Below, piece after piece: positions 54,911 through 63,035 of a stretch of DNA of 64,000 bases. A model generated the notes under the pieces. That model saw only the letters and a program-made list of their open reading frames with translations, made no database searches and was not told the DNA's origin. Made by a program: the position numbers and the translations under genes. How positions within the stretch are numbered: position 1 is the stretch's first letter; each line of letters begins with the position of its first letter. The stretch is from an uncultured bacterium (GTDB lineage: Bacteria; Omnitrophota; Omnitrophia; Omnitrophales; Aquincolibacteriaceae), in contig CAZLTL010000010.1 in NCBI GenBank assembly GCA_964562525.1, forward strand, positions 15,389 to 79,388, read 5' to 3'.

Positions 54911-56725
54911 ATGTCAGTTCATTCATTTCATATCCCTGTGATGGGGACCGGTTTTACGATCGATACCCCTCTTAAGGTGGCGCGTTACGGCATTTCCTCG
55001 GTGATGTCGGTTGATGACAATCTGATGGAGAAATTGCGCGAATATTATTCAGCGCAAGAGGGGCTTCCGTTTCAGCCGATTGCTAAAAACTTACTTGATT
55101 CCCGGGCACGGAGAATTACGGCTTATTTAAATTTAGTGCATGACTTGGTTCAAAAGCAATTTTCAGAATTAAAGCAATCTTCGTTTGAGCCTGGAAGCGA
55201 AATTACAAAATATTTTGAGTTGCTGGCGGATGACAGTGAACTCAAAAAAGAGTATAGCCGAATGATGGCGATGGAAGCGGGTGATGCAAAGATTCAGCTT
55301 CAAAGTGAATTGCGTCAAAAGCTAGAGGTCGGCTCGATCGATGTTAATTTGCTCACCAAGCTCGATCGTGAAAACTATCAGAAGGGAGAAAAACTTTCGC
55401 GTGATTATGCCGATGGCGTGGCGGCTTTGCGCGGCTTTGCCCAAAGTAAATTAGAGTCTTCAGTTGTTTTTTCGGCGGGAATTAATCCGTATCTGTACGG
55501 TTCTTTAGAGCAGTATTCTGATTTTTTTCCTGATCCGCTGGGTGCGGTAAAAAAGAAAATTATTATCAAAGTCAGTGATTTCCGTTCGGCAGTGGTGCAG
55601 GGACGGTTTCTGGCCAAAAAAGGGTTATGGGTTTCCGAGTTCCGCGTCGAGTCGGGGCTGAATTGCGGAGGGCATGCCTTTGCGACAACGGGGCAGCTGC
55701 TGGGAGTCATTTTGGAAGAATTCAAAAAAGAGCGGGAAAGTTTTTCCGCGGAGCTTTTTGAAATTTATAAAAAAGCACTTCTTGCAAAAGGAAAAATGTG
55801 CCCTTCGGTTAAACCTCGATTGAGAGTTACAGCTCAGGGAGGCGTGGGAACTTTTGCCGAACATCAATTTTTATTGCGGCACTATCAGTTGGATAGCGTG
55901 GGCTGGGGAAGTCCGTTTCTTTTGGTGCCGGAGGTGACATGTGTGGATCCGGATTCTTTGACTAAGTTAAGTCAAGCCGACGAAAACACCGTTTATTTGA
56001 GTGATTTGTCTCCGCTTGGCGTACCGATTTATAGTCTTAGAAATTCGGCGAGTGAAGCGATGCGTCTTCAGCGTATTGCTGCGGGAAAGCCCGGGAGTCC
56101 GTGTTTGAATAAGTATATGGCTTATAACACGGAATTTCCCGGAGAACCTCTGTGTGCGGCTTCCTCAGAGTATCAATCAAAAAAGATCGCGCAATTAAAG
56201 ACTCAAGATTTAAGCCCTGAAAAATACAGCGAAGAATACAAAAAAATCGTAGATAAAGCCTGTGTTTGTCATGATCTCGGGGAAGGTGCGCTTCTTAAAT
56301 ATGGTATTCCGTCCCGCAGTGTTAAGCCTGTTCCGGCGGTTTGTCCCGGGCCGAATATTGTTTATTTTTTTAAAATCGCGACTCTGCGCGAAATGGTGGA
56401 TCATATTTATGGTCGGATGAATTTGCTCAAGAAGGAAAAAAATCGGCCGCACATGCTGATTAATGAATTCCGGATCTATATTGATTTTTTCAAGAAAAAG
56501 AGGGCGCAGTTTTCAGAGCCTTTGAATGATAAAGATAAAAACTATTTGTCGGATTTCTTAACAAATTTGAATGGTTGTTTGAATTATTATTTTCAGATGA
56601 TTGACCAACTGTTTGAAGAGTCGCTTGCAGCCAGAGATTCTTTTCTTGAAAGTCTGAAGGCTTTTCAACAAGACGTGGACTCTTTGACAGCTTCTTTGAT
56701 TGGACTTCGTTTTGGCACAAGCTAG
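54911..56725 (+). CDS. hypothetical protein (604 aa), possibly with N-terminal NMO/FabK-like flavoprotein segment
   Basis: No firm family. The N-terminal IPVMGTGFTIDTPLKVARYGISSV loosely resembles the [26 protein letters not shown] start of nitronate-monooxygenase-like TIM barrels. GLNCGGHAF motif mid-protein; follows fabB-like after an 11-nt gap. Confidence 0.45.
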   Translation: MSVHSFHIPVMGTGFTIDTPLKVARYGISSVMSVDDNLMEKLREYYSAQEGLPFQPIAKNLLDSRARRITAYLNLVHDLVQKQFSELKQSSFEPGSEITKYFELLADDSELKKEYSRMMAMEAGDAKIQLQSELRQKLEVGSIDVNLLTKLDRENYQKGEKLSRDYADGVAALRGFAQSKLESSVVFSAGINPYLYGSLEQYSDFFPDPLGAVKKKIIIKVSDFRSAVVQGRFLAKKGLWVSEFRVESGLNCGGHAFATTGQLLGVILEEFKKERESFSAELFEIYKKALLAKGKMCPSVKPRLRVTAQGGVGTFAEHQFLLRHYQLDSVGWGSPFLLVPEVTCVDPDSLTKLSQADENTVYLSDLSPLGVPIYSLRNSASEAMRLQRIAAGKPGSPCLNKYMAYNTEFPGEPLCAASSEYQSKKIAQLKTQDLSPEKYSEEYKKIVDKACVCHDLGEGALLKYGIPSRSVKPVPAVCPGPNIVYFFKIATLREMVDHIYGRMNLLKKEKNRPHMLINEFRIYIDFFKKKRAQFSEPLNDKDKNYLSDFLTNLNGCLNYYFQMIDQLFEESLAARDSFLESLKAFQQDVDSLTASLIGLRFGTS

Positions 56726-56893
56726 AAGCGGTTTCATAAGTATTCATAAGCGTCGAATTGACATAGACTTCGGCTGGCTGCGTCGTCCTGCATCGACAAT
56801 GTGCTTTGGACATTGCCTGCTTCGGACTCCTTGCCATCCTCGTCTCTCTCAATTCTTTGGCTTTACGACTACTTATGAAACCGCTTCTAGCAT
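56720..56893. repeat. MITE-like element / large hairpin: 21-bp perfect terminal inverted repeats (GCTAGAAGCGGTTTCATAAGT ... ACTTATGAAACCGCTTCTAGC) flanking ~130 bp
   Basis: The arms are exact reverse complements; the left arm overlaps the last 6 nt of the 604-aa ORF including its stop; the inner flanks continue as imperfect inverted repeats. Confidence 0.55.
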
Positions 56894-56971
56894 TATCTGA
56901 TTTGTCGCAGTTCCGTTGGTGAATGGCATACTCAGAATAGATCTAAAAAAGACCTTGCATGGCGTTTTTAA

Positions 56972-56991
56972 TTAAGATAAGCTTATCTTAA
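56972..56991. promoter_or_regulatory. 20-bp perfect palindrome TTAAGATAAGCTTATCTTAA (predicted Rrf2/NsrR-type operator), 45 bp upstream of the RIC gene
   Basis: Identical to 40553-40572. Confidence 0.6.
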
Positions 56992-57035
56992 TTCGATTTT
57001 TGAAATGTTTTAAGACTTACTAATGGGAGCTATTC

Positions 57036-57743
57036 ATGGATGTCCGGGAAAAAACTGTCGCGCAGGTTGTGGCCGAAAATTATAAGGCCGCCGCCGTATT
57101 TAAAAAAAATGGGATTGATTTTTGCTGTGGCGGAAAAATAGCGGTTGCTGAAGCGTGCCGAAGCAAAGAAATTAATCTTGATCGTTTCGTTCAAGAATTA
57201 GAAAAAGTTATGCAAGAGCCGGCGCTGAAAGATGTTGCCGGGCTGGACCCTAGCAAGCTGGTAGATTACATTGTTGATGAGCATCATGCTTATGTGCGTA
57301 GGCGCATTCCCGAGATTGAACCTTTCCTTGATAAGGTCGCACGGGTGCACGGAGATCGCCATCCCGAGCTTGTGCAAACACGCGATCTTTTTAATGTTGT
57401 TAAGAGCGAGCTTCTCTCGCATATGCTTGACGAAGAGACCGAGCTTTTTGCTCAAATCAAGCAAATGACAGTTTCCCGCGAGGCTGAGACCTTGTCCGCA
57501 AAGATTCCGTCGGGAGTACTGAAGAAACAAATTTTGGCATTAGAAGAAACCCATAGCGGTGTCGGACAGAATTTTAAGGAAATACGAAAAATAACAAATG
57601 ATCTCACCCCGCCGGAAGACGCCTGCAATACCTATCGTGTGACATTCTCAATGCTTGCTGAATTTGAGGACGATTTGCATCGGCATATTCATTTAGAAAA
57701 CAATGTGCTGTTCCCCAGCCTAATTAACTTGGGGGAGGGATGA
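57036..57743 (+). CDS. ytfE: iron-sulfur cluster repair di-iron protein (RIC / YtfE / ScdA family)
   Basis: N-terminal ScdA_N motif GIDFCCGG, then a hemerythrin-like four-helix domain with H/E ligands (DEHHAYVRRRIPEIE, HMLDEE, HIHLENNVLFP). Confidence 0.85.
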   Translation: MDVREKTVAQVVAENYKAAAVFKKNGIDFCCGGKIAVAEACRSKEINLDRFVQELEKVMQEPALKDVAGLDPSKLVDYIVDEHHAYVRRRIPEIEPFLDKVARVHGDRHPELVQTRDLFNVVKSELLSHMLDEETELFAQIKQMTVSREAETLSAKIPSGVLKKQILALEETHSGVGQNFKEIRKITNDLTPPEDACNTYRVTFSMLAEFEDDLHRHIHLENNVLFPSLINLGEG

Positions 57744-57744
57744 G

Positions 57745-58095
57745 ATGCCCATTGATCCAGTGATAAAATCAGAGGATGGTGTCAATGTCATTCCCGTTTC
57801 GACGATACGTGTTTTTGGTTCCCAAATCTGGCTCTTTGATTATTTTATGAAGAAGACAGAGCGCAATCTTCGGATCAATCCCCAGGCAGGGTTGGTTTGC
57901 TGGAAAGCCATGGACGCTTATCAATTTAAAGGCAAAAGTGGATACAAAACATCCGGAATGGATTTTGACCGCGCCAAAGAGATTACGGCGGAATTAAATC
58001 CTGAAAGAAGACTGAAGGGGCTTGTTGTTTTTACGCCCGAGCAGATATTTTTAGTGAGCCCTCAAAGCGATTCGACTAAAAATATTCTGAAATAA
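57745..58095 (+). CDS. pyridoxamine-5'-phosphate-oxidase-like (FMN-binding split-barrel) small protein
   Basis: 116 aa, beta-rich; pattern consistent with the PNPOx-like / general stress protein 26 fold; low certainty. Confidence 0.45.
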   Translation: MPIDPVIKSEDGVNVIPVSTIRVFGSQIWLFDYFMKKTERNLRINPQAGLVCWKAMDAYQFKGKSGYKTSGMDFDRAKEITAELNPERRLKGLVVFTPEQIFLVSPQSDSTKNILK

Positions 58096-58252
58096 AAATA
58101 TCCCGGCCACAGATTCATAAATCAGCGATTCCTTTTGGCCGTGACGCGTACCGTGTGAATATAACTTCAACCCGCTGAAGAGTCGCTTTTCCATAGCTGC
58201 GCATTTGTGATGTTTCGTAATCTTTAAAAAACACTTGCCTTTGTTTCTAAAT

Positions 58253-58270
58253 CAAGATAAGCTTATCCTT
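58253..58270. promoter_or_regulatory. imperfect copy of the GATAAGCTTATC palindrome (CAAGATAAGCTTATCCTT), 18 bp upstream of the Rrf2/NsrR-like gene
   Basis: Shares the 12-bp core with the two perfect 20-mers. Confidence 0.55.
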
Positions 58271-58287
58271 ATTTAGCTGAGGTTAAA

Positions 58288-58755
58288 ATGCTTTACTCTA
58301 AAACATGTGAATATGCAATTCGGGCGCTGGCGTATATTGCTTCTCAAAAGAATTATGCCGGCTACACATCAAGCTCCGAAGTTAAAAAAGCGACCGGAGT
58401 CCCAGGGCCCTATTTATCAAAAGTATTTGGGGTGTTAGTGCGCAAAGAGGTTTTGAATGCCAAACAAGGCCCCGGAGGGGGAGTTGCTTTTGCGCGTTCC
58501 CCAAAAGAGATTTCACTTCTCGATATTATTTCGTCGATTGAGACGACTGAGCTCGTGGAAAAAAAATGTATCATGGGCCTCTCAGAGTGCAGCGCTAAGC
58601 ATGCTTGCCCGATGCATGATGAGTGGGGAGAGTTAAAGCGAAAAATGGTGCGTAAGTTGTCTAAAATTTCAATTTTTGACATATCCCAGGCTTTGGGAAC
58701 GAGACAATTTCGTGAGTTGAGCCGTGCCAAACTCAAAGACTGGGCGGCGGCATAA
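58288..58755 (+). CDS. nsrR: Rrf2-family [Fe-S] transcriptional regulator (NsrR-like)
   Basis: N-terminal wHTH (MLYSKTCEYAIRALAYIAS); three-Cys cluster-ligand segment CIMGLSECSAKHACPMH; 155 aa; preceded by its own palindromic site. Confidence 0.75.
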   Translation: MLYSKTCEYAIRALAYIASQKNYAGYTSSSEVKKATGVPGPYLSKVFGVLVRKEVLNAKQGPGGGVAFARSPKEISLLDIISSIETTELVEKKCIMGLSECSAKHACPMHDEWGELKRKMVRKLSKISIFDISQALGTRQFRELSRAKLKDWAAA

Positions 58756-58774
58756 CATTTTTTTAATCAAAACA

Positions 58775-58794
58775 AGGATAAGCTTATCTTTAAT
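58775..58794. promoter_or_regulatory. imperfect copy of the palindrome (AAGGATAAGCTTATCTTTAA), 11 bp upstream of the hemerythrin gene
   Basis: GATAAGCTTATC core conserved. Confidence 0.55.
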
Positions 58795-58804
58795 TGGAGG
58801 ATAA

Positions 58805-59293
58805 ATGAATATTGAATCAAAAAATCAAGTTTTAACGGCCTATTTTGAAGCAGATCATGATCGTTTGGATGCGCTTTTAAATAACTTTGCTAATCTGAAA
58901 GACTCGGATTTTTTAGCGGCAAAGCCTTTTTTTAAAACCTTTCTTCAGGGGTTGAAGCGGCACATTGTGTGGGAAGAGGATGTTTTGTTTCCGGCTTTTG
59001 AGGCGAAGACCGGAATGCGTAGCGCCGGGCCGACGGAAGTGATGCGAATGGAGCATCGTTTGATCGGTCAAGCTTTAGAGCGGCTGCATGATAAAGTTCG
59101 CCGTGCCGATGCGGTTTGTGAGGATGAAATTGAACGGTTGATTGAAACATTAGAGCCGCATAATCAAAAAGAAGAACAAGTGCTTTATCCTGCATTGGAT
59201 TCAATGTTAAGCTGTGAAGAGGCAGCGGAGATTTTTCGCGCTATGGAGGCCATTCCGGCGGAGCGCTATCTCACTTGTTGCGGTGTGCATTAA
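58805..59293 (+). CDS. hemerythrin-like (HHE cation-binding) domain protein
   Basis: H/E ligand pattern HIVWEEDVLFPAFE, MEHRLIGQALERLHD, HNQKEEQVLYPALD; 162 aa; heads the qNOR operon. Confidence 0.75.
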   Translation: MNIESKNQVLTAYFEADHDRLDALLNNFANLKDSDFLAAKPFFKTFLQGLKRHIVWEEDVLFPAFEAKTGMRSAGPTEVMRMEHRLIGQALERLHDKVRRADAVCEDEIERLIETLEPHNQKEEQVLYPALDSMLSCEEAAEIFRAMEAIPAERYLTCCGVH

Positions 59294-59326
59294 CCCCAAA
59301 TAAAATAATTAACGAGGAAAACTGAA

Positions 59327-61615
59327 ATGATATCGGACATGAAACCAAAAAGTAATTTAGGTATATCTCCGTGGTGGCGGCATGGTGCTGTTATCACAAT
59401 TATGGTTGGGCTGACTGGACTTATTTTTATGGGCCGCACCACAGTCAAAGGTGCGCCTCCTATTTTTGAAAAAGTGGTCACCGAGGCCGGTGAATCGGTT
59501 TTTACAGGGGAAGATATTTTGGCGGGGCAAGCCGTATTTCAAAAATACGGTCTCATGGATTATGGCAGTGTTTTTGGACACGGCGCCTACCGCGGACCTG
59601 ATTTTACGGCGGATTATTTGCATCGTTTGGCGGTGGGGATGCAGGATGCCGCAGCGCAAAAATTATTTCAAAAAAACTATGCGGACCTATCAAATGAATT
59701 AAAGCCTTCCGTGGATCAAGCGGTTCGCTCAGAACTTAAGACGAACCGTTATGATGAAATATCTAAGATTTTGACGGTTAGTGATGCGCAGGCGAAAGTA
59801 TTTGGTGAATTAACGCGGCATTATCGGCGTGAATTTAAAGAGGGGGAAGCCAGTTCCTTGCCGCCGAATTATATCGAGGATGAAAATGAAATTCGGCAGG
59901 TCACCAGTTTTTTTGCATGGACGGCTTGGTCTGCGGTGACTCCGCGGCCGGGGAAGGATTATTCCTTTACGAACAATTGGCCGCCCGATGAAACCGCGGG
60001 GAATCGCCCCTCTACCGCCGTTTTTATTTGGAGCGCCATTAGTTTAATTGCATTTTTCGGGGTTATGGGATTGGTGCTGATGTTCTTTGGCCGTTTTAAA
60101 ACATTGGGTTGGGGGCACGGCAAGCCCGATGAAATTTATTTTGAACCCGTTGCCAATACGCCTTTGACGGAAAGTCAGCGCGCGACTTATAAGTTTTTTG
60201 CCGTGGTGGCGATTCTTTTCTTTTTTCAAACTTTTATGGGGGTTGTGACGGCGCATTATTTTGTGGAGTCAGGCGGATTTTATGGAATTGATATTCGCGA
60301 AATCCTGCCCATTTCCATTACACGCAGCTGGCATCTGCAGCTTTCCATTTTTTGGATCGCTACCGCATGGCTCGCAACCGGTATTTTTGTGGGGCCGATG
60401 ATTTCAAAGCAGGAACCTAAACATCAAGCTTTGCTTGTGAATATTTTGTTTGCAGCGGTGATTATCGTTGCCGTGGGGAGCATTTTTGGTGAGTGGCTTG
60501 GAATTAAAAATATGTTGGGGAGCCTTTGGTTTTGGCTGGGGCATCAGGGTTGGGAATATTTGGAGCTTGGCCGTCTATGGCAAATTTTACTTACAGTCGG
60601 TATGTTGATTTGGGCGGTGATTGTTTTCAGATCCATCCGGCCAACATTACGCGGACAAGATAAAGGCAGCATGCCTTATTTGCTGCTTTATTCGGTGCTT
60701 GCTATTCCCTTGATGTATTCATTCGGCATGTCGTATGGTCATCATACTAATTTTGCGGTGGCCGATTTTTGGCGTTGGTGGATTGTGCATTTGTGGGTGG
60801 AGGGTTTCTTTGAGCTCTTTACCACGGTTGTGGTGGCGCATATTTTTGTTATTCTTGGCATTGTGCGCGCAGACTCCGCATTGCGGGTTGTTTATCTCGA
60901 CATCATTCTGTATTTAGGCAGCGGTATGATTGGAACGGGGCATCATTATTATTGGACAGCCCAGCCTGCTATTAACCTTGCTTTGGGCGCGGTTTTTTCC
61001 GCAGCGGAAGTGGTACCGTTGGTTCTGCTGACACTGGAAGCTTGGGATTTTATCAGTCTTCGCTATAACCAAAGCATTGTCGATGTCAGCCCTGAAAAAT
61101 TTCCGCATAAATGGGCTGTGATGTTTTTGATGGCAGTCGGCTTTTGGAACTTCCTAGGCGCCGGTGTCTTCGGGTTTTTGATTAACCTGCCGATCGTGAG
61201 TTATTACGAGCACGCAACCTATCTCACATCGAATCATGGACATGGTGCCTTGATGGGGGTTTATGGAAACCTTGCTCTGGCCGCACTTGCATTTTGCGCT
61301 CGAATTACGGTCAAGCCTGAAAAATGGAATCACCGGATTTGGAATGTTTCGTTTTGGAGCATTAACTTGGGATTAGCGGCCATGCTTTTCTTAAGTATTT
61401 TCCCAGCCGGCATCTATCAATTAGTGCAAAGTTTTAATCATGGGTTTTGGTTCGCGCGTTCAAACGAAGTGATTCAATCTGATTTTTTTCAGAAGGTGAC
61501 TTGGCTTAGAGTTGTGGGTGATTTGCTTTTTGTGGTCGGCGGGACGGTGCCGATTATGTATTTTATGGTGACGCGCTGGTTTTCTCTGCGCCCGGCTCAA
61601 AAAAATAATCCGTAA
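59327..61615 (+). CDS. norZ: quinol-dependent nitric-oxide reductase (qNOR / NorZ, haem-copper oxidase superfamily)
   Basis: 762 aa; N-terminal TM plus ~250-aa periplasmic extension, then a 12+ TM NorB core with conserved His ligands (HHTNFAVADFWRWWIVHLWVEG, GTGHHYYW, HGHGALMGVYG). Confidence 0.9.
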   Translation: MISDMKPKSNLGISPWWRHGAVITIMVGLTGLIFMGRTTVKGAPPIFEKVVTEAGESVFTGEDILAGQAVFQKYGLMDYGSVFGHGAYRGPDFTADYLHRLAVGMQDAAAQKLFQKNYADLSNELKPSVDQAVRSELKTNRYDEISKILTVSDAQAKVFGELTRHYRREFKEGEASSLPPNYIEDENEIRQVTSFFAWTAWSAVTPRPGKDYSFTNNWPPDETAGNRPSTAVFIWSAISLIAFFGVMGLVLMFFGRFKTLGWGHGKPDEIYFEPVANTPLTESQRATYKFFAVVAILFFFQTFMGVVTAHYFVESGGFYGIDIREILPISITRSWHLQLSIFWIATAWLATGIFVGPMISKQEPKHQALLVNILFAAVIIVAVGSIFGEWLGIKNMLGSLWFWLGHQGWEYLELGRLWQILLTVGMLIWAVIVFRSIRPTLRGQDKGSMPYLLLYSVLAIPLMYSFGMSYGHHTNFAVADFWRWWIVHLWVEGFFELFTTVVVAHIFVILGIVRADSALRVVYLDIILYLGSGMIGTGHHYYWTAQPAINLALGAVFSAAEVVPLVLLTLEAWDFISLRYNQSIVDVSPEKFPHKWAVMFLMAVGFWNFLGAGVFGFLINLPIVSYYEHATYLTSNHGHGALMGVYGNLALAALAFCARITVKPEKWNHRIWNVSFWSINLGLAAMLFLSIFPAGIYQLVQSFNHGFWFARSNEVIQSDFFQKVTWLRVVGDLLFVVGGTVPIMYFMVTRWFSLRPAQKNNP

Positions 61616-61649
61616 AGCGTTTTTTGCGCGGTTTTTTTAAGGAGAGATT

Positions 61650-63008
61650 GTGAATTTAAGAATGTTTGTCGTTTTTCTGGGGGTTTCTTTTTGCGGCTGG
61701 ACGGCGCATGCGGCCGAAACCGTTCAAGAGATTCCGGTTTGGAAAAAGCCTTTTCAGGCGCATTCGATTGCGGGCTCAGACTGGAGTTTAAAGCCGGGCA
61801 TTGAAAGCCGCTACCGCTTTGAATACCGCAATAATTTCAATCTCCGTGATCAAACTTACGAAGACGACGCGGTTAACTTGCTGCGCAATCGGATTAATCT
61901 CGACTTGATTTATCAGCCCGAAAAAGAGGGCGGAAAAATGCGGTTTTTTTCCGAGGCGCAGGATTCGCGCAGTTTTGCTTCAAGTGCGCTGAACCGTAAC
62001 GCGGGGTTTGTGAATGAGTTTGACCTGCGGCAGCTTTTCGCGGAATGGTCGGGCGATCCCGGAAAAATACCGGTTCAGATTAAAATCGGGCGGCAAGAGT
62101 TAAACTATGGCGATGAGCGCCTGGTTGGCGCCTTTAATTGGAGTAATGTGGCGCGCGTGTTTAATGCCGCGAAATTGGTTTATTCTCCGACCTCCTGGCT
62201 TCAGCTCGATTCATTTATTTCGCGGGTTGTGCGGGTTGAGCGCGAGCGTCCCGATCATGATTCTTCCAATGATAATTTTTTTGGATTGGTATCGGCGGTG
62301 AAGCCCGCGAAGGAGCATGCGCTCGACACTTATTTTTTCGCTCGTAATTTGCGTGATAATAGTTTGGCGAGTGAGCGCGCGGGTATCCGGGGGCCGCTGA
62401 AAGAGTACACGCTCGGGAATCGTTTTCGCGGTAAGAAATGGAATTTTGATTATGGCACCGAATACGCCATTCAATTCGGAAGCCGTGCGCATGATGATAT
62501 CCAAGCCTGGATGTTTCATCAGGATCTTGCCTATACTTTTGCCAGGCTGCCGTGGGCACCTAAACTGTTGACCGAGTTTAATCACGCGTCGGGAGACCGA
62601 AATCCGACGGACGGTGTTACACAGACTTTTGATCAGCTTTATCCCACGAATCATGACAAGTACGGGTTCATGGATTTAGTCGGTTTGAGGAATATGAATA
62701 ATGTCCGCCTCGGGCTTTCCGCCAAGCCCTGTTCGCGGGTGACATTGAGCTCGGATTTTCATTGGTTTTTCCGCGATGCCAAAGAGTCCGCTTGGTTTTC
62801 AGCTTCCGGTGCTTTGGCAAGAGCCGCTAATGTGCGCGCCGGGCGCCAAATCGGTGAAGAGCTGGATTTAACGGCAGCAGTCAAAATAACGCAGAACCTG
62901 AACGGCTTAATCGGATATTCCCATTTTTTTGCTGGTCCGTTTATTCAAGACACCGGCAGTAATGATGATGCTGATTTTTTTTATGTTCAAACCGTTTTTA
63001 AAATCTAA
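61650..63008 (+). CDS. outer-membrane beta-barrel, alginate-export (AlgE)-like family
   Basis: Signal peptide (FLGVSFCGWTAHA), the ESRYRFEYRNN motif typical of Alginate_exp barrels, alternating amphipathic strands, C-terminal aromatic-rich strand; GTG start with AAGGAGAG ribosome-binding site. Confidence 0.55.
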   Translation: MNLRMFVVFLGVSFCGWTAHAAETVQEIPVWKKPFQAHSIAGSDWSLKPGIESRYRFEYRNNFNLRDQTYEDDAVNLLRNRINLDLIYQPEKEGGKMRFFSEAQDSRSFASSALNRNAGFVNEFDLRQLFAEWSGDPGKIPVQIKIGRQELNYGDERLVGAFNWSNVARVFNAAKLVYSPTSWLQLDSFISRVVRVERERPDHDSSNDNFFGLVSAVKPAKEHALDTYFFARNLRDNSLASERAGIRGPLKEYTLGNRFRGKKWNFDYGTEYAIQFGSRAHDDIQAWMFHQDLAYTFARLPWAPKLLTEFNHASGDRNPTDGVTQTFDQLYPTNHDKYGFMDLVGLRNMNNVRLGLSAKPCSRVTLSSDFHWFFRDAKESAWFSASGALARAANVRAGRQIGEELDLTAAVKITQNLNGLIGYSHFFAGPFIQDTGSNDDADFFYVQTVFKI

Positions 63009-63035
63009 AGAGCTAATTTAAACAAGGGGGAAGTT

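Noticed and set aside
56700-56900. 66-aa ORF spanning the inverted-repeat element
   Set aside because: It lies across a perfect 21-bp inverted repeat structure and has no ribosome-binding site. More plausibly it is a non-coding element.
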